Below, one piece after another: positions 55,801 to 64,000 of a DNA stretch of 64,000 bases; the first letter of the stretch is position 1, and every line of letters begins with the position of its first letter. The DNA is taken from the NCBI GenBank assembly GCA_036172245.1, contig JAYWIR010000003.1, positions 6,324,001 to 6,388,000 on the forward strand. The letters run 5' to 3'. Source of the DNA: Raillietiella orientalis. Taxonomy: Eukaryota. Made by a program: the position numbers and the translations under genes. Under the pieces are notes generated by a model. It ran no database searches, had not been told where the DNA came from, and saw nothing but the letters and a program-made list of their open reading frames with translations.

Positions 55801-58800
55801 TGAAACCCGATTCATTTTTAGGAAGAGGGCAGTTTTTGCAAAAGAATTTCCTTTATCGGTTTCCAAAAAAAAGGCAGCAAAACAATCCTAAGCTACTTCA
55901 TCTATAATCTGGAAATCTTCGCAGCTGAAGTTTCGGTTCCGTACAGACTCTATTATTGGGAAAGCAAGAAAGGAGCCTCAAGGATTACTTTGCTTGAGAT
56001 TCCAGAAGCTGTGCTTTCACCAAGGTCACGGCCTGAGGGATTATTTCATTATGCACCCCAAATTGAAGAAAGATGAAAAAAAAAATAAATGAATAAAATG
56101 AAGAAATGAAAAACCGTTGAGATTATCTTAAAAAAAAACAAAACTGACTGCAATCGGATTGTTTGCAACGTTAGAAAATCAGATAGATGCTGACTTTCCG
56201 ACCTACCTATAATCCATTGAAAAGCAGTAATTCAATCGCAGCAAATTCGGATCTTACGAGACTTTGCTTCCATTTCAAATATGGATGAAGCTTTGGGTCT
56301 TGCGCGAAGAACGATGTCGGAGATGACAGTTGTCAGGTCATCCCACAACGTGGGATGACCTGACAACTCTTAAGCGAGTCATCGCCGCACACTTCGAGAA
56401 TCCCACGCGTCGGAATTTTCGCCTGCAACCGGAAGTGTCTTTTCAGCGACGGATGAAGGAGGAGCTCGGTTTCGATCTCGGTCGTGGTCCAGCGTTCCAG
56501 CGTGTGATACCAACGAGAGACACGGGAAGCTGTTCCAAGTCCTCGGAGGTCCCGCGGAAGCAGCAGCGTGCCGCCATTGCCGCTGCGGGCAAAGTGAAGA
56601 AGAAATCCGGGAAGCTCCTTTTCCGAAACCATCCCTCTTTTCAACATGGCTCCCGGAACTTGATGTTCCCAAGGTTTCCCGTGGAGGCGGTTTCGTGCTC
56701 CACTTCATAGATGGTTTTCATACGTCTCTCTGCAGATCCTCTTCCGTGTGTTTCACGCCGCGGATCCTGATGAAGTTTGACGGATGCTTCTTCCCTTTCT
56801 CATTTCCTCGGGAAACATGTACCTTTTTTTGATAATTAAATGAAAAGAGCAGTGAAAAGAAGGAAGCAAAAGGGATCAAAATAATATCATCATCGCTCTT
56901 CATTCATCTCGCTTTCGTAAGATTCTCAGTTCGCGATGCGTTCGAACTTCGAAGAGCCGAGTAATAATTATTTTCCCATTTCCTCCACCTCTCTGATCTC
57001 GAGCTTTTTGCAATTTGTATTCAAATGCTTTGTCTTTCTGAGGCTGCTGCTAATCTGTGTTTTATCGGTGGATTAAGCTGCATGCGCTTCGACCAAGGCT
57101 CTCAGACTAATCCTCATGAGTCCACAATGGGTTCCATGAGAGAAATGATTTCCTGAGATCCTGAAAACTCCGATCTGCTTATTTCTTTTCTTAACTGCTT
57201 ATTCTGATGGCACTTTGGATGCCTCTACCCATGAATTTCATACACCCAACTCGTTTTCCTTGTGTTGTCCTCCGCCATCGGGAAGAATTCCGGCATTCAA
57301 GAGAAGAATCCTTCTTTTGTAATGGCAAGTTTTTATTCTTTGTCTCGGATTTCATCCCATCGCTGATTCCAACCTTCATGAATCATTCTCGTGATGAGCT
57401 CATGGGATAATATTTTTCCAATTTTCAGACGCTTGGACTCATCTTCACAGTTCACCGTACTCTGTCGATTGTGTGAAGAATGCTTTCCGTGGCTGCCAAC
57501 ATAACGAGGAAACGAAAACTTACTCGATTTCGATTCTGCCACTCTTTCGCGGAAGGGAGCAGTTTACGGATTTCATAAGAGTTCGCAGTTCACTCAATGT
57601 AGTTCTCAAGAGCAATTACTGCGCTCATTTCATACCTCTCGGGCTAAGCTTTGACATCTCTGTTCTGAAGATTTCTGCAATTTGATACCATCCACCTATT
57701 TGATTCAGCTTCCCACCAGGGAGCATTTTTCCACGTTCCCTAAGCTGCAAGGTGTTGGTTCCAACTCCCAAGTCTCTCTTCCGCTTCTTCCTGATGGCCC
57801 TCGACTGTTCCTTCCTGTCAAACGGAAAAGGGCAGCCGTGGAACGTCGGCTGGGATCCGAGAGCTGAATCCCAGCCGACCCGGTTCTGCACAGCATGCAC
57901 GACAAGCATCCCCAAATCGCTCTTCATCTTTTGTGATCGCTGGCAAATTCGAGCTTCCGTCTAGCCATCGTGCGACGCGGTGTCGCGTCGCACCCTTTTG
58001 GTGTGTTCCGGAAGACCCCAACAGGAGAAGAGGCCTCTAAGGCCTCCTGGCATCATCCATACGACGCATCGTTATTTTCCGCAGCGAAACTTTTTGCACT
58101 GCTGCGTCCATCATGCTGCTGACATCCGATCGGTCGGTCAGATCATCCCCACGGAGCATCGGCGATGCGTTCCACTGGGACAGCAACGACCGGTTCCAGG
58201 CAGGAATGCAAGGGGCCCTACGATGTGCACATCAGCGAGGGCAGCGGATGAACGATCTGGGAATGTAAGACAAATGGGTCAAACCCCGCGCGTGAGTTGG
58301 TCAGACGCTATCGGCACGCAATCAGCATGCGAGTCTTTCGGTATGAAATGAACTCCGATATCCCGGAAGAAAAGTGCCCTACGCTGGGAGATCAGTCAGA
58401 GAATGATAATAATGATAAAAAGCTTATCAACCTGTGCATCTGAGGACTTTATCTGGAACAACAGAGACGAGAAGGATTGAATGCAGATGTGAAGTCATCT
58501 CAGAGGAATGTTGGGAAACGAAATGCCGACCTCACTCAAGAAGAGGATTCTGCGAGTGGTCCATCAGTATGGAGCGTGTTGCGCTGCTCACAGTATGGTT
58601 ACGCTTATAGAGATAATCGCATTCGACGATTTGAGCTTCTGTCACTGCAACTTGACTCCTTGTTTCGCTTCTCTTTCCTTCTTAGAAACGGATGTAAAAA
58701 TCCTTTTTCCTGCTTTATCAGCGTCCATCTTCAGAGGCGTCGAAGTTCCATGGGAACCTGGAAAACTGTCTCGCGAACTTTTGAAAGTGCGCTGGAAAGT

Positions 58801-58846
58801 TTGAAAGTGGGAGGAAATTTCTGAAGGGGGGGGAGGGAAAAAAAAC

Positions 58847-59492
58847 GTGCCGTTGGGAGGAGAAGAGCACGTTCGAGGGCGATTCCATGGAGAAGGAAGC
58901 AATGAGGATGAGGACGCGAAGGTTCGGATGCCTCTGCTTTCCTCTCTTTAGCTTTTCGAGAACCGAGGAAATTGCTTCCACCAATTTTGCAGTTCCTCAC
59001 ATAGCGCGAAGCACATCTACACCCCATCTATCGATCGATCTGCCTGTGTGCGCATCTATACTTTTTTTCTATCCATCTATCTGACAAGGCAAAGGAGAAT
59101 CCCTACGAACGGAACGCCCATTGTGTATGAAGGAGGCAGCGAAGTTAATGGGGAGACAAAACGCATGGGCTGTCACTCACCTGCAGGTGTCATCGTGCCC
59201 ACGGTCTCCTCGTACAAGAAGCATCCGTTCAAGTTGTGGGCTTTCTCTCATGTTTGCTAATGAACATCGCTTTGCACCTAACTAACTCATTAGCAGTAAT
59301 GACCAAGTAATAGTGCTTATCCGTTTTCCTATCAATAATTCAGTGATCTCAGATTCCTAAGCCTCCTCCTATTCAGGGATCGATGAGCACCGACGAATGC
59401 GCTGCTTTCGGTTCTCATTCTCACTGCTTCCTTCTCCGTGAAATCGCTCTCGGAAGTCTTTTTTTTTCCTTGAAACCGCACGCACCATTGAT
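58847..59492. repeat. Diverged inverted repeat pair (about 80-nt arms), possible old MITE or DNA-transposon remnant
   Basis: GCGATTCCATGGAGAAGGAAGCAATGAGGATGAG near 58879 versus reverse-complement GCGATTTCACGGAGAAGGAAGCAGTGAGAATGAG ending near 59447. Confidence 0.55.
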
Positions 59493-60554
59493 TCCACACT
59501 CGAAGGGCTTCCCAGGAGAGAAAAAAGGAAAAAAAAGAAAAGGACCCCAAAGATTTTCTGACGGCATTAGGAAATCGGGAATTCTTTCCCAGTTTTCAGC
59601 ATTCGTGAGAATCCAAGTCTGCCGCTCTTCACTTCAAGCCAAACACTTCCAAACACTTTACAAAGCGGATGGCGGGTGGCACAGTCATTTGAGATAGTCA
59701 ATATTTGAACTTTTTTGCATCGAAGGCGGTTTCCATGGAAGTTTCCACGGAAGGAGGAACTACAGATTTCTCGAAATTCCTTCGTTCAAAAATGGTAGCA
59801 AACCAACACATCGCATAGAACGCTGATCTCAGCTGCTGGCTCCCAGCACGTGAGAAGAGAGCCTCATCCAGAAACCCTCATTTAATGAGAGGAGTTCGAA
59901 GCACGAAAGCCCGACATGGGGTGGCCAGAGCAGAAACCCTTCAAACAGCAGTCGTACGATAGTCCGCTGTCTCCTCAGCGGCTTCCATCACAAAGAGGAA
60001 GATGCAGTTCAGACCCGACTGTTCAGTTTCTCCTGGCGCCAGAAAGGGCTGTGGGGAACTCAAGGTGGCGCAAAGTTTCTTTTCCAGCCGGAAGAAGCAG
60101 TCTGGCCAGCAATCCTGAAGTTGAAAAAGGAGGTTGAAGAAAATGCGAACCTCTATCTTTTTTCCACCATGCATGCCGTGATGCCAACAACTCGTGACTA
60201 TGAATGTCCACACATCTGGTCACCCAGTAGAATTTTTCCTTCCGAGCTGCTCGTGGTCGTCGTAGTTGCGGATGCCTATCAATTTGATTCCGAGCCCCAA
60301 AGATCCATCCCTCTGCAGTACCCCGCTTGCAGATGCCGTTTGAGCACAAGTGGCGAGTCTCTCGCTCCATGAATTGACGCCAAGTCCACAGATTTCAGCA
60401 AAGTGGACTGCATCATGATGAGGAAGGTAGGAAAAATTCCAGACTGGACGAGTGGCGGCGCAGGCTGCGATCTCCTAGTAGGCGTGGGATGCTGGTGATC
60501 AAGGAGCTGAGTCAGGAAGAAACGCAACGACAAGGTTCCTTGCCGCAGTTTCCT

Positions 60555-60810
60555 AGTAATTGCAAGTGGTACAAGAAACGTTGAGGAACATGATTTCTCA
60601 TCCAGGTAGAATCAGATGGAGAGTAAGCGACACAGCAGGAAGAGCAGCAGGAGCAGGCATAAGGATTGCCAACAACACGGATCAGTTCTTTTTATTTATT
60701 AAGGCTGATGTAAATGTGCTGTTTCCGCAACACCACGAGGCGCTGAAAATGATCCAGAGGAATCATTATTCTTATCCATGACTCGAGTTCTTGTGATGGG
60801 AAGCAGTAGT
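60555..60810 (+). mobile_element. Decayed APE endonuclease fragment
   Basis: QVVQET..WRVSDTAGRAAGAGI..RVLVMG resembles the LQET / GRSAGVAI / ILxGDFN motif order. Confidence 0.45.
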
Positions 60811-63800
60811 CAAATCTCACGCAGACGGCTCGATGGATTTTCCATAGAACGCTTTAGCGATCTTTGCGTCCTTCTACTTGTTCTTGTGAGTTGATTTGCT
60901 TGTTTGATCCTTGGTACTAGGCGTGGCCGTCCCTGGAACGGGGAGGAAGTTCCTCCCGTTCGGAGCAGGCTCCCGGAGCACCCTCAGGTATGAGAATTTA
61001 CGGCCATCCACTGTGGCGAGTTGTCCAAAGCCAAAACGCAAATAATCGCTGCGAGCATTTGTGCGTGCCAACGAGGAGTTGCGTCACGTCTCCGGAATTT
61101 CAAAACGTGAATGACTCCGTGATCTCCGCAAAGCCTGAATGATTCTGGATTCGCAAACGTGGCACACGTCCGAATGAGCTTCGGAACGGTCACTCTGGAT
61201 CGCAGTGCCGCGTGAAGATGTGCCGAAAGGTAGGAATGATTCCAAAGTACGAATCGGCAGCAAGGACCAGAAAAGGCGCCGAGCTCCTCTTGAAACCGTT
61301 GTTTGTGTTCAACTCTGCAGAACACATACAAGCCAGGAAGTACAACCTGACTCTGGGGAGAGTACAGTCACCAGATGTACACTGTTTACTTTTGTCTCCA
61401 CGCAATCATCCTTCCGGAAGAAACGCCGGTGATACGAAACGAAGCAGAAGAGCAATTCTGAACTTCGTCGTCGTGATCATCGCATAATGCTTCCCGCTTA
61501 CTCGTGTTGACGGAACACCAAGCTGCGCGTGCACTTGAGGTGTTTCAGGGACGGAAACAATCTTTTTTTTGCGCCCTGATCTCTGCTATAGAGAGCAGCA
61601 CTTTCCTGGCACAAAAGTGCATGGAAGTAAGCTTGCCGAAATTAGGTTCAGCTAAACGAATATTGATGGACTGGCCCTGCGGCCTATAAAAGCGCCTCTG
61701 CCATCAGCTGCCATGTCAAGAACTGCTTTCTGGCTAATACGGTTCTGTACAGCTCCTTCACGTTATCAGGGATAACATCAATATACTGGATGGCCATCAA
61801 TATCCAGGACTCCTCCCTGCTCAGACCGGGAACAACTAAGTGAATGCCATTCAGCCAAGTGAAATTATGGTCATCATGCGTTATAATAGTTGCGGACACT
61901 GAGAATAAACTCTGCTGAAATGGCTGCTATAAGACCAAGGATTGGAAATCGTCATCGGAAACAAAAACGATGCCATAATATTCATCGATCAGTATTCAAT
62001 ACTCCGTTCTTTCGAATGCAAGTCCACAGATGCTGGCCGATTAGGAACGGATTGTGGTGACCAGTAGACACAGGTAAAGCAAGAGCGCAATTCTCCAAGC
62101 TGAGGATGGCGCAAAGAAATCGGCAAGCGGAAGTCGAGGGGAGATGCCATCGAGCAAACGACTCATTGAGATGAAGGCAGCTGCTCTTTGACAAAGACAA
62201 GATCTCACGACGAAAACGGTTTCGAAAGATGTATTTCCGTGTGGCCTTACAGCGATGTCAAGTCTCTTGGAAACAAAAGAGCAGCTGTAATCTCCGACCA
62301 GGCTCCAAGAAAACCGAGAAGGCTCAAGAGCTGCCGTAGGAAAATAATTCCGTGTGCTGCTTGAGAATCGTGAAAGGTAGAGCACGTGTGAAATTCAAAA
62401 GACGGTCGATGCGATCACGAAGATCCAGCATTCATCTTAAATCGCCATCTCTTGACTCTAATCATGAATAAGAGCAAGGCAGAATATTGAAGAACTCAGC
62501 TCTCATTTATCATCGCGAGTGCATGAACTCTGGCCCATGAGAGCGAAGGATCTCTTTATGATTCATCAATGACAGCGAAGTCATCCATCAAGCGCTTGCG
62601 GATCGGCGAGAAAGGTGGAGGAAGCATCGAACGTGGGACGCCGAAGTGTTTTGGCTTCCAAAGTGTGGGATATGTAGGTTCGGGGAGTATATCCCTCCGA
62701 GGAGTATGTGATCTTCAGGGATCTCGTTCGCTGAGGGGTTCTGCAGGGAATCAGTGTGTGATGTGTCAGGCTTACCTTGCCGTTTACAAGGGATGCGTTG
62801 ACCCATTAGGCACAGTTTTCTGTTCACCACGCAAAAAAGTACTTAGGAATCGAGCAAGCAAAAAGATGGGGGATCCGTTTGCATCACTGCTCCATCGATT
62901 TTCCAATAACGGAAGAAATGAATAATTTGATGCAGTCCGGAGACGTTTCGGCTCTAAGCTCACATGTTACGTGGGCTGCTGCCCTTTGTGCTTAGATTGC
63001 TGCTGCAATCAGCGAGCGCGAGAAAAGTCGGGCAAAAGAAAGAACAGGAAGAGAAACAGGTAGACGTTCATTTCTTTGTAAGCTCGTCGAGAGAAAGAGA
63101 GAGAGAGAGAGAAACAACAACAACAACAAAAAAAAAAACCCTGATACAGTTAGCAGTAAAATGCACAGAAAGTTAATTCACTACACAACGAGCTGATTCA
63201 GGGACGTGAATGCAAATGAAGAAAATCACAAAGAGTGTAAGGTGGTTCCCTCCAGGATTTCATATGGGAGGCAGGGATGATACCCAACGGGGTAGATGCT
63301 GGCTGACGCTTAATGGGGTCCTGGAAACATCAGAAGCCTTTCTTTTCGATGCAGAGACGGCATTCAGAACGATGTCAGGATCGATTCCACTGAAAATGGT
63401 CGTCGCTTCTCGGGGAGCTCATAAGGCGTTTCGTGTTCGCTGTGCATGCGGAAGGTCCAGCGGATGTTCGTTATCTTGGCAACGAAAATCCTGCCTCTGC
63501 TAGGGAGAAAATCTCGTCCGCCTCCGGTGCGAGGTCCACGTAACCGCTGTACGGAATCTGCTGGAAGGCCTCTTCGCAGCTGCAAAAAAATCGCACTTCC
63601 TGGTCAGGACCACTGGTCATCATCACAGAGTTGCCATCTGCACAGCACACTATAGAGAGGCAAATTTCTCTTGCAAAAAAAATCTCTTACTCTGCGACCA
63701 ATTAAGTGAAAAGGCACTTCTGATAGAGAAGAATACGCCTGAATTTCCAGGCGCGGTCCCGAGAGGAGGTCTAAAGACAGCATCCGTAAAGACCCCGCAG

Positions 63801-64000
63801 AATGTAAATGTATTTGAACGTTCTAGAATAAATCCACAATTTTAAGTAATCATCTACAATCGAAAAACCAGTGACATATTGGTTTTTCGATTATTTAGCA
63901 TTCTTTATAATTTATTCTTTGACTTGACTTTTGGAATGTCTAGGAGGTTACAACATGACTTTCCATTTTCCTGAAGGACAAAGAGGTGAACCTCACAGCT

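Overview
Eukaryotic genomic DNA from an animal, most plausibly an arthropod; it is not prokaryotic. Three AT-rich, CpG-depleted gene islands carry intact spliced housekeeping genes that I assembled exon by exon: Sec23 (- strand, 11 exons, 763 aa), an MTA1-like NuRD subunit (+ strand, 13 exons, 755 aa) and the OTU deubiquitinase YOD1/OTU1 (- strand, 3 exons, 307 aa). Eighteen of the 24 introns are only 40-56 nt. The flanks (about 1-6 kb, 32-41 kb and 45-64 kb) are GC- and CpG-richer and filled with decayed non-LTR (L1/Tx1-like) retrotransposon fragments. Highlights: (i) a ~720-nt, strand-biased, densely nested structured-RNA-like segment with five cUUCGg motifs ending in an A-run (4300-5016); (ii) a LINE family with a conserved AATAAA+GC-hairpin 3' end, target-site duplications sharing a CAG(A/C)AGCA motif, and a possible tRNA-headed SINE partner; (iii) a head-to-head endonuclease/RT LINE inversion; (iv) a candidate 30-nt cassette exon in Sec23. 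All calls are from manual reading; no database search or folding computation was run.
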